DNA of 33,144 nucleotides from Gemmatimonadales bacterium (GCA_041613315.1 JBFJHJ010000034.1:1-33144); one strand, 5' to 3'. Numbered from the stretch's first letter, positions 17,934 to 27,145 are shown. Numbers and translations are program-made. Notes: generated by a model from the sequence alone, not told the origin.

Positions 17934-18728
17934 TCAGCGCTCTATCAGGAGCTCGAAGCCCCGCTGGATCTCGAGCTGGAACTCGAGCATCTGCTGGGTC
18001 GTGGGGAAGTCCCACTGCGACAGGTCGAGCACCGACCCGTCGGCCCGCTTGAACCAGACGTCCGGGTGGATCGCGATCACGACGCTCTTGCTGGCGTCGG
18101 TGATCTCGAGGTGCGCCGGCTCGAACGCCAGCTCGACCCGGATCCAAGCGATGAAGTAGGCTCGGAACGCCCTCGGGCTCCCACCGCCGGCCGGCGTGAA
18201 CGTGCCGACCACGACCATGCTGGCCTCGTCGGGCCAGTCCGGGAACGCCGCGCGCACGGCCGTGCTCAGCGCCTGCACCTGCGCCCCATCCTCATTCGGC
18301 GTAAGTTGCAGGTCGTTCACTTCGAACTCGAGCCGCTCGTACCGTCCCGCCGGGATGGCCCGGTTCGCGACGGTGAGCGGCGCCCCAGTCAGCGGCACGT
18401 CCACGAAGAACGGCGGCGCTTCGAAGTTCTCGCACTGCGCGGGATCGGTGTCGCAGTTGCCGCCGCCCACGCGGTCCAGCTCGAACTCGTCCACGATCAG
18501 CCGGATGTCGGTAATGGAAAGCGTGCCGTTCGTACCGGCGACCGTGAGCTGCTGGGCCGCCGCCGCGCCGTACGCGGGTGCTACCGAGAGGTTCGGCGCA
18601 CTGGCGCTAGGTGCCGGCGCGCCGGCCGTGCCGAACTTGATCGCCACGGTGGCGCCGGGGCCGGTGCCGTCGCCGCAAGCGGCAAGGACGGTCGCCAGCG
18701 TCACAAGGGTGAGGCGGGTCGCACGCAT
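17934..18728 (-). CDS. Hypothetical beta-rich lipoprotein
   Basis: GGGAG RBS before ATG 18728; lipobox LAAC-GDGTGP; Cys pair; 'IPAGRYERLEF' resembles DUF4382-like domains. Confidence 0.8.
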   Translation of the reverse strand: MRATRLTLVTLATVLAACGDGTGPGATVAIKFGTAGAPAPSASAPNLSVAPAYGAAAAQQLTVAGTNGTLSITDIRLIVDEFELDRVGGGNCDTDPAQCENFEAPPFFVDVPLTGAPLTVANRAIPAGRYERLEFEVNDLQLTPNEDGAQVQALSTAVRAAFPDWPDEASMVVVGTFTPAGGGSPRAFRAYFIAWIRVELAFEPAHLEITDASKSVVIAIHPDVWFKRADGSVLDLSQWDFPTTQQMLEFQLEIQRGFELLIER

Positions 18729-18793
18729 GATCGGTATCTCCCTGGCTTTTCTGTCTGTCGCATATCGGCAAGCGCCGTTCGTCCCCATGCAGA

Positions 18794-18809
18794 AGCAAGG
18801 CCGATGCCA
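18794..18809 (-). promoter_or_regulatory. Sigma-54 -24/-12 promoter
   Basis: TGGCATCGGCCTTGCT on the minus strand: GG-N10-GC, near-consensus TGGCAC-N5-TTGCW, 66 nt before the ATG. Confidence 0.7.
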
Positions 18810-18867
18810 GTGAGCCCCACGGCGCTTCGGCGGCGCAACGCGCTGACCACCATGCAGTTGCGCGTTT

Positions 18868-18883
18868 TGCGATGACGATCACA
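18868..18883. promoter_or_regulatory. CRP-type box
   Basis: TGCGA-TGACGA-TCACA, 9/10 match with TTT flank. Confidence 0.6.
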
Positions 18884-19127
18884 CGGGGGTGGTATCCCTG
18901 TGCCGAAACGTTACGGGGCGCTCCGTCGCGAGTCAGCGCGACGCCCCAAGCGTGGGGCGTCCATCAGGTCACGCGCCGGGCGTGCGGGCCCGGGCGAGGC
19001 GCTCGCTCTTGGGGGGGACGACGGTGCGACGCCGAGGATGGTGGGGAGAGACTGGTCGCGGCGCGGGTGGTCGGGCGGCGTGCCCGGGTGCTGCCACGAG
19101 TTAAGGGGGGACACGCCCGGAGGGGAG

Positions 19128-19200
<73 letters not shown>

Positions 19201-19209
19201 GCGCGGCGA

Positions 19210-19238
19210 AGTATCGCCACACCCTCGAGCCCACGCAA
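19210..19238 (-). promoter_or_regulatory. Putative sigma70 promoter of tRNA-Lys
   Basis: TTGCGT-N17-GATACT followed by a GC-rich discriminator. Confidence 0.5.
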
Positions 19239-19298
19239 CCCGCGGCGCGCCGTCCGTCTGCTCGCCTGACCGCCGGGCGGTGCGGCCGGGCGGGGCAC

Positions 19299-19673
19299 CT
19301 ACCGTCGCACCTTGAAATGCGCGTCCGGCTCGATCACCAGCTCGAGGACGTCCCCGCGGTCCACCGGCATGGACTCGGTGAAAAATGATCCGACGGACAA
19401 GAGACTCACCTCGATCCGCAGGTCCAGCTGGGTCCAGCGGAACGAGAACGTTTCGGTCGCATGGCCGCCCACGTAGCCGATCCGGACGCGCTCGCTTCCG
19501 GAGACGGCGTAGAGGGTGGCGTCGTAGAAATTCTGGTTCCGAACCTCCAGCATGATCTCTTGCGCCGGCTCGGGCGCGAACTCGTCGTCAGCCCCCCCGC
19601 CGCCGAGACTGCATGCCGCCAGCACCATGACGACGCCGCTGGTTCCGATCAGCCGACGAACCAATTGGTTCAT
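19299..19673 (-). CDS. Hypothetical small lipoprotein
   Basis: GGAGGGAG RBS before ATG 19673; lipobox LAAC; single beta-sandwich 'LEVRNQNFYDATLYA'. Confidence 0.8.
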   Translation of the reverse strand: MNQLVRRLIGTSGVVMVLAACSLGGGGADDEFAPEPAQEIMLEVRNQNFYDATLYAVSGSERVRIGYVGGHATETFSFRWTQLDLRIEVSLLSVGSFFTESMPVDRGDVLELVIEPDAHFKVRR

Positions 19674-19789
19674 GCTCCCTCCGTTCGCGCAGACGCTCCC
19701 ACCGTCGTGCGTGCGACCCCGCGTCGCACCGCCTCTTCGCAAGGTACACCGGCGGAACTTTCGGAGCGATGGGGGTACCTTTGTACGCG

Positions 19790-21925
19790 ATGACGCTCGT
19801 CAGCACCGCCCTGGCGCTGTCCGCCGCGGCCGCGACTATCCAACAGGACACCGTGATTCCCGACACCGTCTTCCGTCTCTCGGAAGTCACGGTGACGGCC
19901 ACGCGGTCCGCCGCGGCCGCGCGCCGCGAGCAGCCGGAGGCGCTGGTCCTGATTCAGCCGACCCTGAGCGGCCGCGCGGCCGGCGTGCTCGCGGCCGACC
20001 TCTTGCGGGACGCCGCGGGCGTGCACGTCCAGCAGACCTCCGCGGGTCAGGGCGCCGTCATCTTGCGGGGCCTGGTCGGCAATCAAGTGTTGCTGCTGGT
20101 CGACGGGATCCCGATGAACAACGGGACCTACCGGGACGGCCCCGGGCAATACCTCGCCACCGTCGACCCCGAAACCATCGAGCGGATCGAAGTGATCCGC
20201 GGACCGGCCTCGGTGCTCTACGGTTCCGACGCGCAGGGGGGCGTCGTGAACCTCATCACCCGCTCCCACCCCATGGACGGCGCCGCGAAGAGCGTACGGA
20301 CGGCCTTCTCGGCGTCCTCGGCCGACCGCGGGGTCCGAGGCCGTGTCTCCGCAGGCGCCATGGGGGCGCGCTGGCGCGTGGCCGCCGGTGGCACCCTCCT
20401 GTCGGTCGGCGACCTCCGGGCCGGCGGCGGCCTCGGGCCGCAGCGCCCGACGGGGTTCGAAGCCCGAGGCGGCGATGCGGACCTCAGCTACCACCCGGGC
20501 GCCCGACATGAGCTGCGCGCCGTCGTCCAGCATTTCGAGATGGACGGCGTCCCACGGTACGACCGCTACGTCACGTTTCGCGCGCCGACCCCCGGCCCCG
20601 ATGCGGAGCATACCTTCGACCCGCAGACGCGCCAGCTCGCCTTCCTGCGTTACACCGCGACCCCCCGGTCGGGCGCGGTGGCGCGGCTCGAGGGCACGGT
20701 CAGCCTGGCGGTGCAGCGGGAGGGCCGCGACCGCGTCCGGCTCTTGAGCTCGGGGCTCCCTGACACGGTGCGCGAGCGCTGGCGTGACGACGTCTATACG
20801 CCCGGCGCGAGCCTCGTGGGCACGTCGGCGCTCCCCGCGGGCAGGCGCACCATCCGGCTCACCTGGGGCGGCGAGTACTACCATGACCGCCTCGACAGTC
20901 ACGGGCAGGAAGTGCACACCGTGAGCGCCGCCAGCACCGCCATCATGCGCCTCTCCGCGTCGGGCGAGCTCCTCCCGACCGGCAATTTCCCCGACGGCGC
21001 CACCGCCGATCGCCTCGGATTCTTCCTCGCGGCCGAAGCGCCGCTCCTGCCAACCGTGCGACTGTCCGCCGGAGCGCGCTGGAGTCGGTTCCGCAACGAG
21101 GCGGACGTGGGCGCGGCGTTCGGCGGGGCCGTGGTGAATACGAGCACGGACGTGACAGGCCAGGTGGCCGTCGTCCTCGCGCCCCTCCGGCGGTGGCGCG
21201 TGGCGGTTCGCGTGGCCGAGGGCTTCCGCGCGCCCAATCTGTACGACCTCACCCGCGTGGGCCCCGTGCCCGGGGGCACGTCCCTGCCCAACCCGGACGC
21301 GCGCCCCGAGCGCTCGTTGAGCGCCGAGGTCTCGCTGCGGTTCACGCCTCCGCGGGGAGCCTACGACGTGACGGTGTACCACGCCACGATCGATGACTTC
21401 ATCGACCGCGTGCCCGGCAGCTTCGCCGGCGACACCCTCTACGACGGCGAGCGCGTGTTCCAGAGCCTGAACGTGGGCACGGCCCGTCTCCGCGGCGTGG
21501 AAGCCGACGCGCAACAGAGCATGGGCCCCATCATCGCGCGGGCCAGCGTCTTCTATACGTACGGCGCACAGGAGATCGTGCCCGGAGCGGAACAGCCGAT
21601 GGCCAAGATCCCGCCGGTGGGCGGCCAGGTGGGCGTGCGCTGGCACGGTCCCGCGCGTGGCCTGTGGGTCGAGTATCTGTTGCGCTGGGCGGGGAGCCAG
21701 CAGCGCCTGGGCAGCCGGGATCTTCGCGATCCTCGGATCCCGCCCGGCGGAACGCCCGGCTATGCCGTTCACGGCCTCCGGGCCGGCGTGACCCTCGCAC
21801 GCCAGGTGGAGCTGTCGCTCGGCTTCGAGAACATCACGGATGCGTTGTATCGCGCGCATGCGAGCGGCGTGGACGGCGCCGGGCGACACGTGTGGATGGG
21901 CCTGTCCTGGGTCGTCGCACTCTAG
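19790..21925 (+). CDS. TonB-dependent outer membrane receptor
   Basis: Signal peptide, TonB box EVTVTATR, plug 'IERIEVIRGPASVLYGSDAQGGVVNLIT', FRAPN and ENITDALY motifs; start 19769 or 19790. Confidence 0.93.
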   Translation: MTLVSTALALSAAAATIQQDTVIPDTVFRLSEVTVTATRSAAAARREQPEALVLIQPTLSGRAAGVLAADLLRDAAGVHVQQTSAGQGAVILRGLVGNQVLLLVDGIPMNNGTYRDGPGQYLATVDPETIERIEVIRGPASVLYGSDAQGGVVNLITRSHPMDGAAKSVRTAFSASSADRGVRGRVSAGAMGARWRVAAGGTLLSVGDLRAGGGLGPQRPTGFEARGGDADLSYHPGARHELRAVVQHFEMDGVPRYDRYVTFRAPTPGPDAEHTFDPQTRQLAFLRYTATPRSGAVARLEGTVSLAVQREGRDRVRLLSSGLPDTVRERWRDDVYTPGASLVGTSALPAGRRTIRLTWGGEYYHDRLDSHGQEVHTVSAASTAIMRLSASGELLPTGNFPDGATADRLGFFLAAEAPLLPTVRLSAGARWSRFRNEADVGAAFGGAVVNTSTDVTGQVAVVLAPLRRWRVAVRVAEGFRAPNLYDLTRVGPVPGGTSLPNPDARPERSLSAEVSLRFTPPRGAYDVTVYHATIDDFIDRVPGSFAGDTLYDGERVFQSLNVGTARLRGVEADAQQSMGPIIARASVFYTYGAQEIVPGAEQPMAKIPPVGGQVGVRWHGPARGLWVEYLLRWAGSQQRLGSRDLRDPRIPPGGTPGYAVHGLRAGVTLARQVELSLGFENITDALYRAHASGVDGAGRHVWMGLSWVVAL

Positions 21926-22039
21926 CGCCCGAACGGGGTCGGGTCCGGCCGGACTGCCGACGGCTGACGCTCCTGGAGCGCGGGTTGCTCTCCGATTGGG
22001 AACCTGCGATATTCTCGGCCGGCCAGGGTCTGGCTCAGT

Positions 22040-22112
22040 GGCGGTATCGTCTAGGGGACTAGGACGCGGCCCTCTCAAGGCCGAAACACGGGTTCGAATC
22101 CCGTTACCGCTA
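22040..22112 (+). tRNA. tRNA-Glu (CTC)
   Basis: GGCGGTA acceptor / TACCGCT, anticodon arm CGGCC-CTCTCAA-GGCCG, T-loop TTCGAAT; CCA not encoded. Confidence 0.96.
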
Positions 22113-22141
22113 TGCGCGTCGCGTTCGCCCGCCTGCGTCCC

Positions 22142-22213
22142 GCCCCCATCGTCTAACGGCTAGGACACCACTCTTTCAAGGTGGGAATAGGGGTTCGATT
22201 CCCCTTGGGGGCA
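22142..22213 (+). tRNA. tRNA-Glu (TTC)
   Basis: GCCCCCA / TGGGGGC acceptor, CCACT-CTTTCAA-GGTGG anticodon arm, TTCGATT; CCA not encoded. Confidence 0.95.
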
Positions 22214-22455
22214 TGCGCTACACGCACCGTTTGATCCGGGGCGACGACCATTTCTCCCCACTCCCCAACGATACCACACCCCTGTGGACCGCGCGGTGCG
22301 GCGCATGCCGCATCCCTGCGCGATGGAGTGAGTTGACCGGCGCGGTCCGGCACATGTCGCCCACTTGACTCCCCGCGCTACACGCTGGACCCGCGACACC
22401 GCCCTAGACCCTCACGCTCAGCCGCAAACGAAGCCGCCCGACCGGAGGTGCACGC

Positions 22456-22590
22456 ATGACGCGATTCATCGTCAGCTCTTGCGCCGCCCTGTTCCTCTTG
22501 GCGCCGCGGCCAGCGACGGCCAGACAGGTCACCGTGGCGATCGGGGCCAAGGCCAGCCTTAATATCGCCGCTCGCGAGGACCGCTCGTGA
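22456..22590 (+). pseudogene. 44-aa truncated outer-membrane beta-barrel (PorT/porin-family-like) N-terminus
   Basis: GGAGGT RBS; MTRFIVSSCAALFLLAPRPATA signal peptide then QVTVAIGAKASLNIA (GxKAGLN-like first strand); stop overlaps the next GTG. Confidence 0.55.
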
Positions 22591-22997
22591 GCGAGCGCCC
22601 CCGCCCGACGGTCCTCGTCATCGAGGATAACGAGTTCGTGCGGCAGGCACTCCGGCGCACCCTCGAGGAGAACGGGTATCACGTCGCCGAGGCCGCGGAC
22701 GGGGAGGAGGGCCTCCAGCGGTATCGGGCGGCACCGGCCGACGTGGTGCTCACCGACCTGATGATGCCGGGGAAGAGCGGCATCGAGCTCATTGTGGAGC
22801 TCCTGCGCGAGTACCCCGCGGCACGTATCGTCGCCATGTCGGGCGCCATGGACGTGCGCATGCCCGCCGTGGTCGAGGTGCTGGGCGCCGCGGGCGCGCT
22901 CCAGATGCTGCCCAAGCCGTTCTCGCCCGACCAGCTGCTCACCGTGATACGGACGGTGCGGGACGAGCCTGCCCCCGGCGGCGAGCAGCCTGAGTGA
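22587..22997 (+). CDS. Single-domain response regulator (CheY-like receiver)
   Basis: VLVIED, VVLTDLMMPG (phospho-Asp), AMSG and LPKPF motifs. Confidence 0.92.
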   Translation: MSERPRPTVLVIEDNEFVRQALRRTLEENGYHVAEAADGEEGLQRYRAAPADVVLTDLMMPGKSGIELIVELLREYPAARIVAMSGAMDVRMPAVVEVLGAAGALQMLPKPFSPDQLLTVIRTVRDEPAPGGEQPE

Positions 22998-23167
22998 CGA
23001 CCTGAGCGACCGGGTGCCGGACGGTTCGTGAAGGGGCACGGCGGCTTGGAGGCGTTCGTCGAGTCCTGACGGACACGGGTGTGCGCGTGCCGAGGCGTCG
23101 AGAAGGGGCACGACGGGCGCGCGCTCTTGCGTCGAGCGCCATCGCCGGAGTGCCCCGCGCTCCTACC

Positions 23168-25735
23168 CTACGGCGCCGGCCGGTCTTTCCCGTCCCGCCG
23201 CGTGTCGAGCAACCGCTCGACCGCCTCGCGGTCCACCGGCTCCGAGAACAGAAAGCCCTGTCCTTCTTCGCAGTGCAGCTCGTGCAGGTAGCGGTGCTGG
23301 TCCACGGTCTCGACCCCTTCGGCGATCACGTTCATGCCGAGAGCCCGCGCCAGCGTCACGATGGTGCGGACGATCTCCACGTTCTCGTCGCCGTCCGCGA
23401 GGCTCATCACGAAGGACCGGTCGATCTTGAGCGTGTCCACGTTGAACTGGTGCAGGTAGCTGAGGGACGAATAGCCCGTCCCGAAATCGTCGATCAGCAC
23501 CTGGATGCCCGCCGCGGCGAGCTGGCCGATCAGACTCACGTTCGCCTCGGCCGACTCCATCAGCGAGTTCTCCGTGATCTCCAGCTTGAGCGTCCGCGGG
23601 TCCAGCTCCGTCTCGTCCAAGACCGTTAAGAGCTCCGCCACCAGGTCCGGCTGCTGGAACTGCCGTGGCGACATGTTGACGCTCACCGTGAGCGGCGGAT
23701 CAGCAGGGTAGCGCGTCTGCCACTCCTTGAGCTGCCGGCAGGCCCCGCGCAGCACCCACCACCCGAGGGGGAGGATCAGGCCCGTCTCTTCCGCCACCGG
23801 GACGAAGTCGTGCGGCTGGAGCAGGCCGCGCTCCGGGTGCTGCCACCGGACGAGCGCTTCGAAGCCCGAGATCCGCCCGGTCTCGAGGGACTGGATCGGC
23901 TGGTAGTAGATGCGGAACTCGTTGCGCTCGACCGCGCGTCGCAGATCGGTCTCCAGCTTGAGCAGCGTCAGCGCCTGCTGGTGCATCTCCGGATCGAACA
24001 CCTCGTAGCGGCCCCGGCCCGCGCTCTTCGCGCGATACATCGCCAGGTCCGCATCCCGAATCACCTCGTCCGCCCGCTTGTAGCGCAGATCGCCGAACGC
24101 GATGCCGATGCTCGCGGAGGTGTAGACCTCCTGGCCGTCCACCTCGAACGGGTTCTGCAACTCGTGCTCGATCCGGTCCGCCACCCGGGTGGCGTCGCTG
24201 GCATCGGCGATGTCGTCGAGCAACACCGTGAACTCGTCCCCGCCGAGCCGCGCCACCGAGTCGCCGGGCCGCAGGCACGACTCCAACCGCCGCGCCAGCG
24301 CGATCAGGAGCGTGTCGCCCGCCGCGTGGCCGAGGCTGTCGTTCACCACCTTGAACCGGTCGAGGTCGAGGAAGAGCACGGCATAGCGGCGGTGATCGCT
24401 GCGCTTCGCCCGGCCGATCGAGCGGTTGAGCAGGCTGGAGAACAGCGCGCGATTCGGCAGACCGGTGAGCCCGTCGAAGAACGCGTCTTTGTGGAGCTGC
24501 TCCTCCGCCTTCTTGCGCTCCGTGATGTCGGTCATCGACCCCGCGAGACGGGTCGCCTGACCCTGCTCGTCCCGGACGGCGATCCCCCGGCACAAGATCC
24601 AGCAGTCCCTCTCGTCTTTCCCCTTCACCCGGAACTCGCACTGGAGGTGCGGCGAGAGCCCCTGGAGATGGGCCGCGATGTCGATCTCGAGCTGCTCCAG
24701 GTCGTCGGGGTGCACCCGGCCGAACCACGCATCCGGCGCCCCACTCGCCGTTTCGCCGCCACAGCCCAGCATCTCCATCCAGCGCGGAGACAGGTAGAGC
24801 GCGTTCGTGGTCAAGTTCCAGTCCCACAACGCGTCGTTGGCGCCGCGCACCGCGAGCGCGTAGCGCTCTTCGCTCTCGCGAAGCTGCGCGTCGCGCCGGC
24901 GGCGATCGCTGATGTCCTCACTGGTCGTGACGAGGGCGACGGGCTCGCCGGCCTCGTCGCGCACGACGTCGGATATCAGGGCCACCGGCAACCGCGCCCC
25001 GTCCTTGCGCACGTTCGTGACCTCGCGCCGCCAGCTCCTGAGCTGCCGGATCTCGTCCCGGCTCATCGGCTTGCGCTCGCCCGGCGGCGCCAGGACGCTC
25101 ACGTCCTTGTCAATCAGCTCCTCCGGCGTCCAGCCGTGCATCTGCGCGGCCGGGCCGTTCGTGTAGGTGATCTTCCCGTCGAGATCGGTGATCGTCACGC
25201 CGATCTGCATCGTCTCGACGGCCTTCAAGAGCTGCCGGACCGCGCGCGCCGACCTTTTGGCCTCCGTGATCTCGCGGTACAGGCCGTACACCGCCGTCTT
25301 CCCCGACGCCGTCCGCACCGGAATGCCGAGCACCGACACTTCCACCCGGCTCCCGTCTTTGCGGCGGCGGACGGTCTCGACATCCACTTCCCGGCCTTCC
25401 GCCAGTTCGCGGCTGAGCGTCCGCCCCTCACTCGTCAGGTCCCTCGGGACGATGAGATCGTTCACCCGCCGTCCCACCGACTCTTTCTGGCCGTACCCGA
25501 AGAGCGTGGTAAACGCCGGGTTGACCCGGACGACCCGGTCCTCCTCGTCGAGGAGCGCCACGGCGTCCGGGAAGCGGTCGAACAGCTGGCCGAGGTAGGG
25601 GGGGGTGTCGCCGTCTGCGGTGGTGGCCGCACGCCCAGGCACCCAGGGAACCCCGGGGTGCCGAAGCGTCAGCCACACCGCCCAGGCGGTGGCCGCGATT
25701 GCAGTCAGACCGGCAATTATCAGCAGGGCGCTCAT
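23168..25735 (-). CDS. Membrane-anchored PAS-PAS-PAS-GGDEF-EAL diguanylate cyclase/phosphodiesterase
   Basis: N-terminal TM, three PAS/PAC, RPGD I-site plus RLGGDEF, FEALVRW, DDFGTGYSS, AEGVET; start 25735 or 25744. Confidence 0.95.
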   Translation of the reverse strand: MSALLIIAGLTAIAATAWAVWLTLRHPGVPWVPGRAATTADGDTPPYLGQLFDRFPDAVALLDEEDRVVRVNPAFTTLFGYGQKESVGRRVNDLIVPRDLTSEGRTLSRELAEGREVDVETVRRRKDGSRVEVSVLGIPVRTASGKTAVYGLYREITEAKRSARAVRQLLKAVETMQIGVTITDLDGKITYTNGPAAQMHGWTPEELIDKDVSVLAPPGERKPMSRDEIRQLRSWRREVTNVRKDGARLPVALISDVVRDEAGEPVALVTTSEDISDRRRRDAQLRESEERYALAVRGANDALWDWNLTTNALYLSPRWMEMLGCGGETASGAPDAWFGRVHPDDLEQLEIDIAAHLQGLSPHLQCEFRVKGKDERDCWILCRGIAVRDEQGQATRLAGSMTDITERKKAEEQLHKDAFFDGLTGLPNRALFSSLLNRSIGRAKRSDHRRYAVLFLDLDRFKVVNDSLGHAAGDTLLIALARRLESCLRPGDSVARLGGDEFTVLLDDIADASDATRVADRIEHELQNPFEVDGQEVYTSASIGIAFGDLRYKRADEVIRDADLAMYRAKSAGRGRYEVFDPEMHQQALTLLKLETDLRRAVERNEFRIYYQPIQSLETGRISGFEALVRWQHPERGLLQPHDFVPVAEETGLILPLGWWVLRGACRQLKEWQTRYPADPPLTVSVNMSPRQFQQPDLVAELLTVLDETELDPRTLKLEITENSLMESAEANVSLIGQLAAAGIQVLIDDFGTGYSSLSYLHQFNVDTLKIDRSFVMSLADGDENVEIVRTIVTLARALGMNVIAEGVETVDQHRYLHELHCEEGQGFLFSEPVDREAVERLLDTRRDGKDRPAP

Positions 25736-25763
25736 GCCGTGCACGCCACCTTTCGAGCGCCCC

Positions 25764-25806
25764 AAGATAAAGTTTGACAGGGATTTACGGGGTGAGGCAC
25801 CTCACA
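25764..25806 (-). promoter_or_regulatory. CRP box plus -10 (class II promoter) for the GGDEF-EAL gene
   Basis: Minus strand TGTGA-GGTGCC-TCACC (25806-25791), 21-nt spacer, TATCTT (25769-25764). Confidence 0.75.
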
Positions 25807-25820
25807 ACCGGCTGGGCCGC

Positions 25821-26405
25821 TCAGGAGCCCAGCCGGCGCACAACCTCGTGCCGGAAGCACGGCACGATGTGATCGTTGACCATGCCCGCCGCCTGCATGA
25901 ACGCGTAGCAGATGGTGGACCCCACGAACGCGAAGCCCTGCGCCTTGAGCGCCGCGCTCATCGCGTCGGACTCCGCGGTGCGTGCCGGGAGCCGGCGCTG
26001 CGTGCGCCAGCGGTTCTGCCGCGGCCGGCCGCCCACGAACGGCCAGATAAACGCGTCAAACGATCCCTCGGCCTCCTGCACGGCGAGAAACGCCCGCGCG
26101 TTCGCGATCGTCGCGACGATCGTCTGGCGATTGCGGATGATGCCGGCGTCGGCCACGAGGCGCTCGACGCTACGCCGGTTGAACCGGGCGACCCGCGCGG
26201 GATCGAAGCCGGCGAACGCCCGCCGGAAGCGCTCCCGCTTGTCGAGCACGATCGCCCAGCTCAGCCCGGCCTGGAACGCGTCCAGCACCAGAAACTCGAA
26301 CAGCGCGCGGTCGTCGTGCAGCGGAACGCCCCACTCGGTGTCGTGGTAGCGGACCATCCGGTCGTTGGCGAGGGCCCAGGGACAGCGCACGAGGCCGTCA
26401 GGCAC
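25821..26405 (-). CDS. tag: DNA-3-methyladenine glycosylase I
   Basis: RCPWA, YHDTEWG, FQAGLSW and MQAAGMVNDH..CF zinc-binding motifs. Confidence 0.95.
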   Translation of the reverse strand: MPDGLVRCPWALANDRMVRYHDTEWGVPLHDDRALFEFLVLDAFQAGLSWAIVLDKRERFRRAFAGFDPARVARFNRRSVERLVADAGIIRNRQTIVATIANARAFLAVQEAEGSFDAFIWPFVGGRPRQNRWRTQRRLPARTAESDAMSAALKAQGFAFVGSTICYAFMQAAGMVNDHIVPCFRHEVVRRLGS

Positions 26406-26473
26406 GATCCCTCGCCGTGGCTCGGCGGCGTATGACCGTCGCGGGCGTTCGCGTCACGGAGGGGCCGGCCCGG

Positions 26474-27145
26474 CTACGCCATGCTCCGCAACCAGTCCAC
26501 CAGCTCGGTGAGGTTGGAGACCTCGAGGGTCGGACGGGCGTCCGCGGTCGGCGCTTCGCCCTTGCGGTTCACCCACACCACCGGGATCCCGAGGGCTGCC
26601 GCCGGTTGCACGTCGTGGAAGTAGCTCTGCGCGACGTGGAGCCACCGGCCGGGGCCGATCCGCTCCCGGGCCTTGGTGAAGTGCCCCTGCGCCGGCTTGT
26701 ACGACATCACCTGCTCGGCCGTCACCAGCACGTCGAACCGCACCGCGAAGTGCCGGCGCGTCGCCGCCAGGAGATCGTCGTCGATGTTCGAGAGGATCCC
26801 CAACCGCAGGCGCAGTCGCTCGAGCTCGCGGAGCGCGGGAACGGTGTCCGGGAAGGGCAACCAGTCCGGCACGCTCTCGGGGAGGAACGCGGCCCGGCGG
26901 CCGTTCACTTCCCAGCCCAGCCGCTCGCCCACGCGCATCGCCACCTCCCGGAGCACATCGCGGTAGGGCATGTAGAGCGCCGACTGCACCTCGGGTTCGA
27001 TCGCCGCATGCGCCTCGAGGACGGCCTCACGCTCGAGCGCGACCCCGTCTTTCTTCGCTTCCCGGATGAACGCCTCGCTGATACCCGTTTCCCAGTCGAT
27101 CAGCGTGCCGTAGCAGTCGAACGTGATGATGTCGAATCGCGCCAT
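26474..27145 (-). CDS. HAD-superfamily hydrolase (haloacid dehalogenase type II-like)
   Basis: FDCYGTLIDW motif I, LSN motif II, YKP motif III, HVAQSYFHD motif IV; start ATG 27145. Confidence 0.92.
   Translation of the reverse strand: MARFDIITFDCYGTLIDWETGISEAFIREAKKDGVALEREAVLEAHAAIEPEVQSALYMPYRDVLREVAMRVGERLGWEVNGRRAAFLPESVPDWLPFPDTVPALRELERLRLRLGILSNIDDDLLAATRRHFAVRFDVLVTAEQVMSYKPAQGHFTKARERIGPGRWLHVAQSYFHDVQPAAALGIPVVWVNRKGEAPTADARPTLEVSNLTELVDWLRSMA

Noticed and set aside
17025..18875. 616-aa plus-strand ORF
   Set aside because: Spans two well-formed minus-strand lipoprotein genes in antisense; no motifs
20245..20260. CGTGA-ACCTCA-TCACC CRP-like match inside the TonB receptor gene
   Set aside because: Explained by codons of the conserved VVNLIT plug motif; it also shows that chance matches occur
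21223..21310. Haem receptor call from FRAP...NP motifs
   Set aside because: No His between FRAPN and NPDARPE, and no haem utilisation genes nearby; substrate left unassigned
19670..22078. 802-aa minus-strand ORF
   Set aside because: Antisense to the TonB receptor and runs into a tRNA
23810..25777. 655-aa plus-strand ORF
   Set aside because: Antisense shadow of the GGDEF-EAL gene
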